The position numbers and the translations under genes were made by a program. The notes under the pieces are model-generated. The model had not been told where the DNA came from and did not search any database. It saw nothing but the letters and a program-made list of their open reading frames with translations. Positions 37,141 through 51,164 of a DNA stretch of 62,801 nt are shown here, piece by piece. Origin of the DNA: Chara braunii (taxonomy: Eukaryota; Plantae; Charophyceae). Numbering within the stretch: position 1 is the first letter of the stretch; the number at the start of each line of letters is the position of its first letter. The stretch is from NCBI GenBank assembly GCA_003427395.1, contig BFEA01000001.1, forward strand, positions 3,021,721 to 3,084,521, in the 5' to 3' direction.

Positions 37141-38059
37141 TGTACACGACCTCAGTCAAAGTCACCGCGGACCCAGCCTTGACCGTCGGTCAGACACACA
37201 CTCTTGTTTGTATGCAGGTACCACGACAACGTTCAGGTCAAGTGAAAGTCTGCAACTATATGGGATCCAGGTCGTCGGTTGCGAGTCAATCTGAGTCACC
37301 GTGGGTGGGAGACCTGAGGCATGTCAGTCTGGTCCAACACTACATAAGACCCTGCCCCCTGGGAGTCAACATCCAGTTTTGCTATGTTGACTTGACATTG
37401 GCTGGACGCTGGTTGGACGTTGTCTTGACGTTGGCTTGACTTTGACTAAACGTTGGCACTGTGGACGACGACGTGAGACTGCTGCTTCATGCTGGCGCCT
37501 TCTTGCTTTGGCCCTAGCCTCTGCTGATGTGGCGCAAGCCACGTTGCCTTCGACATTGCTGATGTGGCACATACCTCTCTGTTTTCATTGCTGACGTGGC
37601 ATTTGCCACACTATCTACATTGCTGAGTTGGATGCGACAAGGAGGGAGATCGGGATCTGTGGATGATTGAGAGAAAATGAGGTACTTACCTGCTGATGAT
37701 GTCGATACTGTGCGCTGCTGAACGTCTTTACGGGAGAATGTTGCCACTTGGCATTTTGATGTGATCAAGACTTGTCAAGCTCGTTATTGGACATTGTTTG
37801 CTAATGTGGAGGCGAGGGGAAGCCCGGAGAAGGAGAGGGAATGTTGGGCTACTATCTCTATGGGAATTGATTGATACCATCTCTTCCACCTTCTAATCTG
37901 TCTAATCCCCCTCTCCTCTATTCGTCTATTGGATATGAGACATTGTATCAGGGATCACATTCATGATTATTGGAGACATTGTTCAGCGCCGAGATGTTTT
38001 GTAGTTCGACATCCGACGAGTATCTCTCAGACTGTGTTCATTACACATACCTCATGCCA

Positions 38060-38127
<68 letters not shown>

Positions 38128-38244
38128 CTATATATATCATACGATACATAACCCCTTGTTTCTTGTGCTCTTCTCCCTCTTTGCCTATGGTTTACCGGGC
38201 AGCTCTGTTTGGCGATGCACGCATGAGTTAAGGGCTGGAGTACA
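37141..38244 (+). repeat. Putative LTR (TGTAC...GTACA) downstream of the pol remnant
   Basis: 5-bp terminal inverted repeat; GCTGAYGTGGC motifs; shares GGAGATCG..GGTACTTACCTG with the 5805-6730 region; no TSD seen. Confidence 0.45.
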
Positions 38245-40768
38245 TAGGCTTATACTTTCCACCCGACAGTTCGTCCTGCGTCGCTGCCCACACAGTGCTG
38301 CACGAAAAATATGTGGTCGGGAAGAGAAAAAAGTTCAACAAAATAATATCAATGTACCCGCACTGAATGAAAGCTCTGTGCATTCATGTTTTGACGACCT
38401 GTAGAAGGTCGTTCCAGGGCGGCGACAACATGCTGGAGTCCGCCACTTAGGTTCCATGAGGGCTACAAGTGAGATTTTGGAGTGTCACTTCAATTTCATT
38501 GGGGTTGGAAACGACCTTGGGCCAGCAGGCAGACAAACTTTGAAGTTGTGAAGCCCCTGAGCTGGCCGACGGCAAACTGGCAGGAAAACAGTAGCAGAAA
38601 CGGGGGCGGGCTTTGCAGGTGCACGCACGCAGATGTCCTGACAGTGTACGTGGGCGAAGTCTCAATTCCGAGGTGCTCACCTTTTTTTTTTTTTAATAAT
38701 ATGGAAAAATTCATGGGTAAGACCACTATCCCGGGGTGCTCAGTTCTATGATGAATGCCTTCCTCAATGATGTGTGAATTACTTGAAAAACAAGAAGTGA
38801 GAAAACGAAGTGTCATATTGATGATTCAAATTTAAAAAGAAAAAAGGCGGTCGTGGCAGTTTACGGTGGGTCTGGGCGGCCGGAACGCTGTAAAGTTGGG
38901 TTTTTGTGCAACTGGGTGCAGTTGGGCATTTTTTCAGGTTGCTGGCCGGGTCGGGTGCAGTTTGGAAAACTGCAAAACCCCGCTATCCAGTTTGGACAGC
39001 TGGTCATTTATTTATTTTTTGCAGTTAGGGCTGGGTACAATTGTAGGTGTTTTGCAAACTAGATTTGGGTTGGATCCAGTTCACAACATACACAAAGATT
39101 GTGAGCACTGCTTGCGGCCACCTACACCGAGTTCCACAACGAAGTGTTTCCTACTAGGACCTCGACTTAGTGCCATCCAAGACTCACGAGGGTCCCTTGC
39201 CGACCACTCTGTAAGTTTTCTAAGGCCTTAGATACATCCAATGAACAAAGTATCGTTGGGTTAGGATGCGTCTGCGGGGTACCTAAAGAGTCAATAGCTT
39301 CGGCTAACTCTTGAAGTAGGGAGGGTACATCGCCCACTTCATCAGGAGTAGACGCAACTACAACTTTTTTTGGCCCAATGTGTTTACTGAGTTAGAGCTC
39401 CTAGAAGTCCCACCATGGGAAGAAGAATTTCTAAACCCACCTTTGGGCTATGTATCACCTGCGCCCGCGGCTGCGGGGTCAAACTCGGCGGGTGACCGTG
39501 ATCACGACCGCCTCCCCTCCGGCCCTTACTGGGTGCAGCCACGACTTTCATGAATTTTTTTTGAGTTAAACAAAATCTCAAAAAAAAAATATATATGATG
39601 TTGTAAATCTTTTGGGATCAACATTGCGCATTTTTTTTTTTTTTTTTTTACTTCGTCTTTGAAATTAAAAAATTCAAAAACAAATTTTCCCGAGGCAAAA
39701 ACTGTTTTTTTTTTTTTTTTTTTTTTTAAGAAAAACTATGAAACTTATATGTTTTGTTATTTCACATTCAGTAAAGTTTTTGGATATGACCACAACTTCC
39801 ACAAGAGAAAAGTTGTTCAATTTATTTTTCTGCATAAAATATGTGTTTTCCATAATTGTTTGAATTTTTTTTTATTATTTTTTTTCATGACCTCAGCCCG
39901 CGGCCGTGGCCTCGGCCGCGCATGGCTGCCTCCAGAAGGGATTCATAGCCTTTGGGCGGTATCTTTTGCGATACCTTTCGTTCTTGCATCTAAATTGCTG
40001 ATGACCGTACTCGCCGCAGTTGGTGCAATTTCTCGTGAATAGCTGTATCGCCACACATCCTGATCGAGACCCGCCCTCACCCAAGCCAGAGTCTTGTTTG
40101 GGTTTTGGGTTTGCCCCTAACTCTTCTGTTGACCGCCCTTGCCGCCGCCACCTGCGTTAACCTTTACTAAGGAAGCAAGGTTGCTACCCTCAGCACGATC
40201 CTTACTTTCAAACTCTGTCTCGTCCACTAAGTCGGAATAATCGTCGATCTCAGTTTGATTCCCATCAGAATTAACCATCATCAATCGACTACCTTTCTTT
40301 TTCCACTTGTGTGGACTCTTCTTCTTTCTTTCATCCGTAGAGGGTTGTTGGGATCCTCCAAGCCTAGCCTCTAAGCCTAGGGCCTTGTTGCTGAAGGAGT
40401 CCAGAGTATGATATTCGATGTTGGCCTCGCTGGCCAACAAGTTTTTGATGTACGTGGGAAGACATCTCAAGAACATGGTCATCAAGACCTGTGGATCGTA
40501 GCGCACGTCGGGGACGACAATGAGACAATACACAACAGAGGTAAGTTCATGTGCGAACTTAGACTTTTTAGTATCAAGCCGGGTCAATGCGTCAGTGGCC
40601 TACGGGGCTTGCTAAGGGTTCTACCATCGCATTTCTACCAACTTCATAAAGCTTTCTAGAGTATGGGTCTTAGCCCAATCGTTCATACGCCTGCCAGACC
40701 CTTTCCAAACTACCAATCCATCTTGCCCCATCACGCTGCCGATCCCTCAAGATATGAGGTAGCAATGA

Positions 40769-40770
<2 letters not shown>

Positions 40771-40804
<34 letters not shown>

Positions 40805-43800
40805 AAGGCACCCCCACCAATGATAGTGGTGCTGGTAAGAGCAGGCACCACTACCACCTGGGGAAAGGCTCCATCTATTGGTGGGGAGCATCACCTGCTG
40901 GAAAACGGGTCCAGCGTCCCATTTACAGAATGAACACCCTCAGAGAAAACATGTTGGAAATCGGGTCCAGCGTCCCCTCATTGACTATCCTGTACTTTTC
41001 CTATACCCAGGCCAGGGCGTGGGCCCTACAGGGTTACTGGGGGGCACCAGTAGTCCCTGTTGCCCCCCTGCCCTTGGTCACTTCCTGGTCACTTCCTGGT
41101 CCCCCTATCGCACTTCCTTCTGAGGATGTCTGAGAGTGTCTGAGAATGTCGCTCCCGCACTTCCTTCTGAGAATGTCTAAGAATGTCTAAGAATGTCTAA
41201 GAGTGAGTATGTCTAAGAATGAGAATGTCTAAGAAATGTCACGACTGTCAGAAAAAAAAAAGCAGAAAAAGACGCAGGGAGAGTCTGCCACAACCATAGG
41301 AAAAAATGCAAAGAAAGCCTGCCACTACTCCCCCCTTAGTCCCCCACATATACCTCCAGGGCCAGCGGGTGAGGGGGAAAGGGATCAAGGAAGTCCTGGG
41401 CGGGTTTCAGCTGTTCTGTGGGATCCACTTTTATCCAGTCCTTGAAGTGAAGCTGATAGTCGCGATCCCTTCCCCTTTCTCGTTCCTCTTCATGTCCGTC
41501 CTTCTGCGGCTGGTCCAATCTGTCTCCTGTCCAGCTTACCCTCGCGACCTAGCCCTCCCTCCTCCCCCCCAGCCAGTCCACACAAAACCGGGAGATAATT
41601 TTATCGATGTCCGTCTTGCTGTGCACCTGCTCCAGGTTGTCGTTTACAGTCTGCCATTGTGCCGTAATTTCGTGCTGGAAAAACAGCCGTATCTGCTTTG
41701 TGACTTCCCCCTCTTCCACCCTGGCCCCCTCCACTTCCCTGATACACCTCGTCCACCATATGGTCCAGAGAACAGTACGTCTACCCAGGGAGTACATGTT
41801 TGCTGCAAAGGTATTGTCCCGAAGCTGGGGGCAGTGCCCCAGCAAGATTGCCCTCCAGTCCCAAATCCATGGTAACCCTGGAACCATGTGTCGCCAGATC
41901 CTCTCCCACCATCGCCATAATAAGACGGCAGCCGGACATTGCAGGAAGATATGCTCAATTGTCTCGGGGCGCCTTTTTTCGGGGAAATTTTGGTGCCAAC
42001 TCGGCACCGTGGGAGCGCCCTTCCTTGCTGTTCAAGGTGCGTGTGGTCAACCAGCCAATCGTTTGTTGGCAGGCATCGATGGGCGATTTGCCATTGGAGA
42101 GTAAAGATTTTTGCCGGCCTTTTTTTATGCTCCTTGAACCATTGAATTGGTTTGAGCGTGCTTCTGTCTATATTGAGGTGGCGCTGTCATCTGTCCTCAA
42201 CCACGTCTCGCAGCGCACGCTTAGGTCTGAGCATTTGGTAGACCGACTTTGTTTTAAGAGCAGCCAAAGGCACTGCCTTTCCCTCGCCCTGTCCCATGCC
42301 TCGCCATGACCACCTCCATTCCTGGGGATCAAAGGGAAGGTTCTCAATTGGGGTCATTGGGTGATACACTCTTCCGCCTTTCTCTTCTTCTACCACCCTA
42401 ATGCGATAGACCTCCGATTTTCTTTTCCAGGTAAAAGGAAGGTTACTCCTTCGTAGCTGCCCTGTTCCTGTGACATTGTATATTTCAACCAGGACTTGAG
42501 CTCGGTCCGCTATGTGTACACGGCCTGCTTGTGATTCATGACCAGGAAACCACACCCAATCATCCACTTCCAATGTTGGGCTTTTTTTCAGCGTGGTGTA
42601 CCATTGGATGGGAAAGCTTTCAATAAGCCCCTCCATTGTTGAATCTATTGAATGGCAATAGCGCAAACATTTTTTCATGCTTTCAACACTTTTCCAATCC
42701 CCACTTGCCCCATCCCAGAGGTCCCCCACCCTTAACACCCCATGTTTCACCCAAGTTCTCCATGGAGAGTCTGAGTTGTTCCTCACCTGGCCGAGGGAGT
42801 CTGTGATTAGTCTATTGCCAAACAAGGGTTGTCTGATTATCTCCTCCCATCTGTCCGGCGCACGACGATCGGGGCATGGGAGCCTCCTCCACGTACTGAG
42901 AAGGCGTATCCAATGCTCGTCAACTGGGTCACCGTTCTTATATTTCCTGGGGAGTCTCCAGTATCTGTCCTCAAGCCAAGTGAGGGGGTCAATTTCAGGC
43001 GAGGCCTCCAGAGCCAGCGCCGCAATTTGCCTCAGGGCCAGGGGAACCCAGGGGGAGGAGGTCTCGAAGATGATATGTTGGATTCAGTGGAGGCTCAGGG
43101 CCTGGAACTGTGTAGAGGGGTCTACTATCCCAAGGCCCCCTCCAGCCTTGGGCTGAATGACCGAGTCCCACGCTACCCGGCTAATGGCGTGAGTATTGCT
43201 GCTATCCCCTCTCCAAAGGAAGACCGCCAGTTGTTGCTTGAGCGTCCTGAGCCCCCCTTTACTCAAGGGCCATAGGATGGCTTTATACCAGAGAGTGGCG
43301 AGCACGACATTGTTAATGACCAGGGCTCGCCCAAAAATAGAGGTATGCTTGTGGTTCCACTTTGCTAGCTTGGTCTGAGCCGGTGTAGAGAGCCACTCGT
43401 CGTTTGTGACGGGTTTCCCTTTTGTCGTGATTGACGCACCCAGGACCCTGAGGAGATCGTCCGGGGGGAGCCAGGTAATACTTGGGCTTTCTGGCGGCCT
43501 GCCCCCCTGGTGGTGCAACCACCAGCCCACCGTTTTCTGCCCCCAGTTGACAGTCATGTCTGAGACGTTGCCAAAACGGTTCATAAGCGCTTGGATTTCT
43601 TCCATGTTTTGTGTGTTTGCTTCGACCATAATAGTAAGGTCATGCGCAAACAGGGAGCAGATGAGAACCGCTTCCTAAGGGATATCAGCGATCCGGATAC
43701 GAGTGAGGTCTTTGTTCTGTCTTAAATTAGCAGAGAGAGCCTCCATAATGACTAAGAAGAGATAAGGGGCAATGGGGTCTCCTTGCCTGACCGACCGTTG

Positions 43801-44640
43801 GAGCTCAAAGGGGGGTGCCACCTGTCCATTTACTTGCATACACGTGGTGGCGTTTTTATGCAGAATGCTCATCCATCGCCTGAAGGACGGCCCAAAATTC
43901 ATTTTTTCCAAACACTTGTCCAGAAAAACCCAGTCCACGTGGTCATATGTCTTTTCAAAGTCGATGAAGACTACTGCAGCGTTTGCCCGGTGTCTTCGTG
44001 CCAGGCAGACGATTTCATTTACAAGCAGGATGTTTTCTTGTATATTCCTGCCGGTCATGAACCCTGTCTGGGCCGGGTGGATCACATCTGCCAGTATGCT
44101 GGCCATGCGGTTTGCCAAGGCTTTAGAGAGGATTTTGTAGACTACTGTAAGGAGGGTAATTGGTTTGTAGTTCCTTATGTTCATTTCATCCCCTTTCTTA
44201 TACAGCAGAGTCAACACCCCTTTCCCCACCACTTCCCCCATTTCCCCATCCTCCCAGATCTTTTGATAGAAATCCCACAGATCGGTGCTCAACTCTGGCC
44301 ACATTGTTTCCCAGAATTCTTTGGGGAAGCCGTCAATGCCAGGCGTTTTCTCTTCCCTCATCCCAAGCAATGCTGCCCATATCTCGTCCTTTGTCAGGGG
44401 GCGCTCCAGTTGATCGTGTTGTGTCTGGGACAGGTGCTTATCCATAGGGACCAGGAATTCCTCCAGTTCTCTCATCCATGCCCCTTCTCTCGGGGCCAGG
44501 ATTTGGGATGTGTATAGTTGTTTAAAGAATCTTCGTGTGATTAGAGTGCAGTGCGCGATATTTGTTGCTATAGTTTCGTCCCTGCTATCCTGATCATATA
44601 ATGCCTCGATTATCATGCGTCTCGCCCGGGCTGTCGCCAT
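40771..44640 (-). mobile_element. 5'-truncated L1/Tx1-type LINE (RT, zinc finger, 3' UTR, polyA)
   Basis: poly(T) 40771-40803; KTPGIDG, DFEKTYD, VRQGDP, ETIEHIFLQC; ATC duplicated at 40768-40770 and 44641-44643; paralogue of the 8697-18034 LINE. Confidence 0.93.
41121..41240. repeat. 10-bp minisatellite (TRAGAATGTC)n in the LINE 3' UTR
   Basis: About 9 imperfect units read directly. Confidence 0.8.
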
Positions 44641-46880
44641 ATCACCTCTTCCTCTAACAACGTTCTCTTTGCCCTTACCCACACTAGCACCGTTCTCAAC
44701 CAAGTGTCGAGAGCCTCATTCTCCTTATCGCCCGAGAAGGTCGAGGGTGGTTTCAGGGGAGTCTTGGGGTACCAAGGCTGCCATTGTCCCGCTGGCGAGA
44801 CCGGCTGTTGTGTAGCTCCAGCCGCCGGACCTGAAGATGAAGAAGCAACATTTTGTGCTATTGCTGCTGAAGTACCGCTTGGTGAACTGCTAAACTGAGA
44901 TGTAGTGGGACTTGTCATCACCGGTTAGGAGATCGGTGATGGAAAAGCTGAAGGTCGGAAACCAGGCCCGCCTGTTGGAGATGTGAAAGCCCTTCCCATC
45001 CCTTGCACGACACTCAATATCTAGTCAAGAGTATTCTGGATTGCATCCAGTTTTTTGTCCATGTAAGCATGCATGGACAGTATACCTGCCTTGAGGATTC
45101 TACCTGTTTCATCAAGGACAACGTCATCTAACCCTTCTACTGCAACTTTGTCTGCCCTCCTACTCTCTAATCTAGCTTTCCTAGTTCGAATCTCTGTTTC
45201 TCTTTTAGTAGCTTCTCTAAGTTCCACTCTAATCGTAAGCGGATAAACTCCACCTATTGGAGTTCAATGCCCTCTCTAGTGCGTGGAGGTGGCGAGCTAT
45301 ACTGTGAGCTCGCCATCTCACTTGAAGAACTGCTTGATCCTACTCCACTAGACGTGGACTGCGAGCTGGTCGACATACCTAATGACTGCTGACCTGAAGA
45401 GGTTGCTGCAAATGTAGCCATCGTTACGGTGCTAGCCGGTGCTGTTGCTAACACTTGTTTTGCAGTTGTTTTTGCCTCTCTAGCAGTCTCTAGATGCCTG
45501 GCCCTTGTTTCGGCCCTGAACCTTCTCTCATACCCTAGTTGTAGAACTTGAAACACTACAGGTATCCTTCGTGTATCCCGTCGTGTTTGCCTTTTGTCGT
45601 CAGTTGTGCCTTCACCACTATGTGAACCGCTCATCAGCTAAGCAGACACCGTCTGCACCATTGCCCTCACTGAGGCCTACCACAACATGTGTCTGACCAG
45701 GTTGAAAAAAAATCAAAATAGATTAATATCCGGCAAGTCACCTAGGTTATAGTTCAAGCGGTATCAACAAGATATACATAGACTGTACACATGATCTACT
45801 CCTACTCTGACTAGTTTCACTGACAACATCTTCAATGAGAACTGGCTATGGCAGAACACTACAATAACTACAGTTATAATGTAAGTTGTTTGTTAGGTGT
45901 CAGCAGTCTGTCCACCAACTAATCAAAATAAAAAAAAATCATATGAGCATATGTATACCCAATGGAAATAGTTGTGTCTATAGTTGAGCACCAATTGGAA
46001 TCTTCCTTCCCCTGTATCCAACGAACCTGTCCGCATCATCAAGCAGCCGTGACTAAGGTGTGCATTAACGACCCACCCCTGTCCCTAGGAACTTGCTTAT
46101 GACTAAAACTGCCCTTTATTTACCCTCGAGTGCAACCAGCCCTACGCCTGACTGATCTGGCTGATCAAGAGGCATTTTAAGGACAACCCCCAAGGTCCTC
46201 ATGAATTGTTTAACGTCACGAACAGGACGATGATCACAACCAACGTTCAGATCAGATCCCTGCTAGAAATATTTATAGACGGTCTGGTGAGCGTCTGCAA
46301 AGGACTGGTCAGTCCACGTCTCCTCTACTGGCGCAGCAAAGAGCTTCATAGGACAAAGCAGCATGGTTTGCGTGTACTACTGCCATGGGTTGGGATGGTG
46401 ACCGTGACCCGTGCTTCAACCAGGGCCTTCAGAGGCACCGCCCTCTCCTGCCAGATGCGCCACCGGGAGAAATGTCGTCTCTCAAGATAGATCTCTCACG
46501 ACTCCTTACTTAAACGAGGACACTCAAGGTTGGTCTCACTTCCTCACGGTAAGAACAGACTGAGAGGGAAGATAAGGTAAGGGAACAACGTACCTGGAGA
46601 TAGTTGCCCCCAACCACAAATTTCTCATCCGTCGTAGCCTCGGTACCAGCCACAACGCAATGCAGTGCCACCTCAGCCAAAACGCCACATCAGCATGCTC
46701 TCATCATCACACATACATCCGCTGTTGCCACAGCTGCCACTCTGTCGCCACAGCCTTCCAGCGAACTCACCCCTCTACCTGGGTGTCGCTAATCAAGGGC
46801 GCCAAAGTATCCTTATTGCACAGAAGCATCGTCAGCACACCAAGTAACAATGTCACCAGCGCCAGGTAATGGCAAACTTG

Positions 46881-46897
46881 AACCAGTTCCGATACCA
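46881..46897 (-). promoter_or_regulatory. Possible degenerate tRNA-iMet primer binding site
   Basis: Minus strand ...TTGCA-ATT-TGGTATCGGAACTGGTT resembles TGGTATCAGAGCCAGGTT; ~1.25 kb upstream of the minus-strand gag. Confidence 0.4.
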
Positions 46898-47812
46898 AAT
46901 TGCAAGGAATATGAGCGAGAGCGATAAACAGAAAACCAAGTTGCAAAATCATGCAAAAGTCCAGATAGTCATGCACCAAGCACAAAGCTCAAATGCACCA
47001 AGATTGCATCCAAATAAAATTTGATACAATCAACTCGTGAGCCAATTTCGAAGCCCTAAGGCAACACCAACACAGTATCCAATGTCGCTCCTATTGTATG
47101 GCGCCCGACGCCCAGCCTACTCTACTCAGCCTATCTAACCTATCTACATTCGTGCAATAGGCTCACTTCGCCGTCATAGACCAATGTAGATGACCTCAAT
47201 ACCAATGCCGACCTCCCACATACACCAGGTACGTTCTCTTGTCTCCCCTCATCAGACCCTGTCCACCCACTCATGCATCTCCTTCCTGAAGACCATCATC
47301 GCCCATCACCTGTCCGCGCCCCGACAGCCTGGCTATGACCTCTAAGCGCCGCACTGCCCTGCAGCGCCCGTCTTCACCTCATAGCGCCCGCTTGCGCCCC
47401 GGCCAGCAGTGCTAATGCAGACACTTGCGCAGCGTCGCAGCAGCGTGTCCACATTGCCTGCCTAGGCCAGAATGCCTTCCCCTGGCTAGCCTCCTCCCCA
47501 TATGGGAGTAGCTGCCCTGCTGGGCTGCCTGGGCCTGGCCGAGGAAGTTTCCAGTAGCTTCTTCTCGTGCCCCAGTGTCTGCACCGAGGCCCATTCCTAC
47601 AGTTAAGGGCATGGGCCCTCTTCAGTTGGGCACTTGTGATGACAATCCTGCATTCTCATTGGCCCGCGACCACTTTGTGATGTGTCGGCCTCACACTGCG
47701 TGTGCCCAGGGCGCAACCACCTGCGTCCTGGGCTCAACTGCTTGATGCAGTTGCTGCTTCTAGAAAGAGCCAGAGAGAGGCCCAGGTTGCACTTCAACCA
47801 ACTGGCGTGCAG

Positions 47813-48801
47813 CAGAGGTTGACATTGGGTGGCCATGACCCGACCCGACCGTACCCAGCCGTACCCGACAATTCTGGACGGGTGCGGGTATGGCATGATT
47901 AGTACGCACCGGGGCAGCTGGGTCTGAAAATCTGAGGGGCGGATATGGCCGGGGCAGAAAACTGTAGGGTGGGTGGGGCTGGGTGTTGACACAGTGCCTG
48001 GACGGTTACAACCGGGCAAAGGTTTGCCCTGGTTCCGGGTACGGATGGGTAGAGGTTTCGCGTGGGTGACCCGAGGCCTGTAGGCATACTAGGCATATTA
48101 GGTAAGCCTAGGTAGTATTAGGGTCAGGCCTGACCCTTTTTCTTCACTTGGAAATAGTGGTACTAGTGGGGTGTGCCCCTAGTATAAATTTGTCTCTGGC
48201 CATCTGTCGTTCATCTTACGGATGAGGTAGTACTAGGGCCAGGCCGTACTATTAATTCAGCCTGGCCCCAGTCGTTTCATCTTAGGGAATACGGCATTCA
48301 CTTATAACGTCTGGCCATAATTGTGGTCAGATCCATCGAAATGTACTCGTAGTTGCGGCCAACTGTAAACAAGAAAGTATCCCTGTGAGTATCCCCAACC
48401 ACTGACCCATTGCCGCCACCCAAATTCGAAGTGGAGATCTGTGGATGGAAGCTAAAGAATCCGACATGCAAAGGCCTAAGTTTAAAATAAAGATAAAAAC
48501 TAATCCTGGGTGGAAAATTTTGGAAACAGGTACGGCTGGGCACGGGTGGATAGATACTCAGTTCGGGTCCGGCTGGATGTGGATGAACAAAAAATTGGTC
48601 TGGGTGTGGCTGGGTATGGGTAGACAATTTTTAAATCACCCCGGGTGGGCTGGATACAGGAAGAAGAAACAAAAAATTAGCGTGGGTGGGCTGGGTCTGG
48701 GTCAGAAAAATTGTGTTTACGTGGGTCCGGCTAGATATGACACATTAAGGTTTGGGCTGGGTCGGATATGGGTAGTGAAAAAAATGGTTTTGCGACCTCT
48801 G
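47813..48801. mobile_element. Non-autonomous hAT-like element (989 bp)
   Basis: 8-bp TSD GCGTGCA(G/A) (47805-47812, 48802-48809); TIR CAGAGGT(T/C)G; ACCCGA/GGGCTGGG subterminal repeats. Confidence 0.82.
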
Positions 48802-50443
48802 GCGTGCAACAACTGTTTGATACCAACATTGGAAAGTGCTGAATATTCAGGCCCGCCTTCTCTTAGGGCGGGCACGAGGCTTGCTAGGGGCCACAGTCCA
48901 GAACATGTGCATGTCGGCAAGGGCCCCCTGAGGACACATTTCTCACACTTGGTGTCAATTGGTGAGTGGTGCGGCCATAAGCCATTTTGGTGAGTTTTCA
49001 CCCATTTTGGAATTAGTGGGAACTCACTAACGAATTTGCAGTTTGGTAAGTGGTGCGGCAAGCCCCTGTGTCCCATCCGGGCATTGTCCCTTGAGTCTGC
49101 TCCTTGTCCTGTGCTTGGCTTTCTCCCTCCCCTGGCCCCTGCACCATGAATGTCTCACTGCTTTGATTTCGCCACTGTTATTTTTGACCCTCAGAGGTGG
49201 GAACCAGGAACAATCAAAGGTATGGCTCGTGAAGGTGTCAAAAAATGGAAGAAAATAGGGTTGAGCTAGCAGAGCGTAAGCTGGGGGGTGTATATCCTTG
49301 AGAGCGCAGGGGTGGATATGAGGGTTTGCTCTACTCTGGGGCTGGGGCTGATCTTTGGGGTGCGGATCAACCCAGTGGGGGCAGATAGAGACAAGGTGTG
49401 CTGTTTTAGGGGCTATCCCACTTGAAGAGGCGGGGGACGGAGGGAATGGGGGAAGTACTGTTCTGCGGGGGCATACTTTAGGGGGAAATGTATGCCTGTG
49501 AGGGAGCGGGGGTGACCGATTAGGGGGTTGGGGCCGATGAGGAGAAGAATGGCTCCTCTCAGTGGGGGCAGTTCACAGATAGGGGGGACATTTTTCCTTG
49601 GGGGGAAGGGGGTGATTTTCAGAGGCTATGCTGTGAATCCCCTTTATCCTGCAGTCTTTCGTTATCTGCTGGAATGGGGGGTAGCCTGTAACAAGCCGAG
49701 TCCCATACCTCTCAGCTTTTCGCACCCTTCGGGTTGGCCTCGAAGGAAAGCCCCGAAGTATGAAACTCGGCCTTGTCCAACTAAGCGGGGGTCTGCACTT
49801 TATAATTTTGTACGATTGTATGTAATTGCGTGTCTGTCCTTGCACAGGCGGGAATTTAGAGTACTGCATCCGAATAACGGCCGCGCTGAATAAAAACGGT
49901 TACAAAAAACAGTTGGGAGTTCTTCTTTTCTTCTTTTCGTTTCGATCTTGAAGTCACGCACATAGTCATTTGCACATGCAAACTCGTTTCCCACCCATGC
50001 ACACGCGCCAACTTCCTCTTCTTGCTCTACGGCTGTTCTCCCGCTCATCTTCTCGACTTCCTTCTTCGTCTCAGAGATCGGTGATTGGTCGGAGGCTGGG
50101 CTGGACGGATCGCGCCGTAAGAACTCAATGCGTGCGTGGCTCGGCGGCCAATCCAATCTCCGCAAAAGTCCCGATCCTCCGGTACCCTCTTCTCTACCCC
50201 TTCGTCTTGCGGAACAAATGATTGGAAGTTAGTTGGACTGGTTGGATCAAGCATCTGAGCGCATCTGCACGCGTGGCTTGAACGACCATCCCAATTATTT
50301 GAGAAATTGATCCTCCCGCCTTCTTCAACGTTCTGTAATGTTCCTTCCCTTTGTCCTCCTCACCTACCACCGCTTGCCGATGTGACGGTATGAACGTCGT
50401 GAACGAGCCATGAGGTCAGCTGCGCGGTTAGAGACTTACCTGT

Positions 50444-50524
<81 letters not shown>

Positions 50525-50534
50525 ACAAAAAAAA

Positions 50535-50870
50535 GGTGTGGCAATATAGATTCTCATGTTCTAGTGGTAGATTCATTCGATTTTGCTCATCCTATCGATG
50601 GAAGTAGTGTGAGGCAGGCCTCGGGGTTGGAGACTTAAAAAAAAAAAAAAAAAGGTGTGGCAGTGTAGATTTCCATGTTCTAGCGGCAGATTTATTCGAT
50701 TTTGTTCAACCTATCGATGGAAGTACCGTGAGGCCAACTGGGGGGTTGGAGACTTAAAAAAAATAAAAATTGTGGCAGTTTAGATTTTCATGTTCTAGTG
50801 GTAGATTCATTCGATTTTGCTCATCCTATTGATGGAAGTAGCGTGAGGCCAGCGGCGTGGTTGGAGATTT
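50535..50870 (+). repeat. Three tandem ~117-bp units separated by A-runs
   Basis: GTGGCA..TAGATT..CATGTTCTAG..CCTATCGATGGAAGTA..GTTGGAGACTTA at ~50535, 50654, 50771. Confidence 0.9.
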
Positions 50871-50910
50871 ACCTGTTGGCCGGTGCGTTGCTCATCCTAT
50901 CGATGGAAAA

Positions 50911-50989
<79 letters not shown>

Positions 50990-51164
50990 NNNNNNNNNNN
51001 NNNNNNNNNNNNNNNNNNNNNNNNNNNNNNNNNNNNNNNNNNNNNNNNNNNNNNNNNNNNNNNNNNNNNNNNNNNNNNNNNNNNNNNNNNNNNNNNNNNN
51101 NNNNNNNNNNNNNNNNNNNNNNNNNNNNNNNNNNNNNNNNNNNNNNNNNNNNNNNNNNNNNNNN
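50911..51164. other. (CT)n followed by an assembly gap
   Basis: Read directly. Confidence 0.95.

Larger units (their letters stand above)
39100..45634 (-). pseudogene. gag: Gypsy-type gag remnant split by the LINE at 40771-44640
   Basis: PSTFSGDK..LDTW...EEEV|IIATSYLEGSAA*W joins across the LINE; FLRCLP; knuckle CTNCGEYGHQQFRC at ~39985-40026. Confidence 0.85.

Noticed and set aside
39461-39921. MITE within the minus-strand gag-pol region
   Set aside because: AT-rich with GC-rich ends, but no convincing TIR pair or TSD
43675-44703. 342-aa ORF as a novel fusion gene
   Set aside because: The N-terminal 21 residues are an off-frame read of the interrupted gag running into the truncated LINE at 44640
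50535-50870. CRISPR-like array
   Set aside because: Whole units are homologous, there are no unique spacers, no cas genes, and the context is eukaryotic
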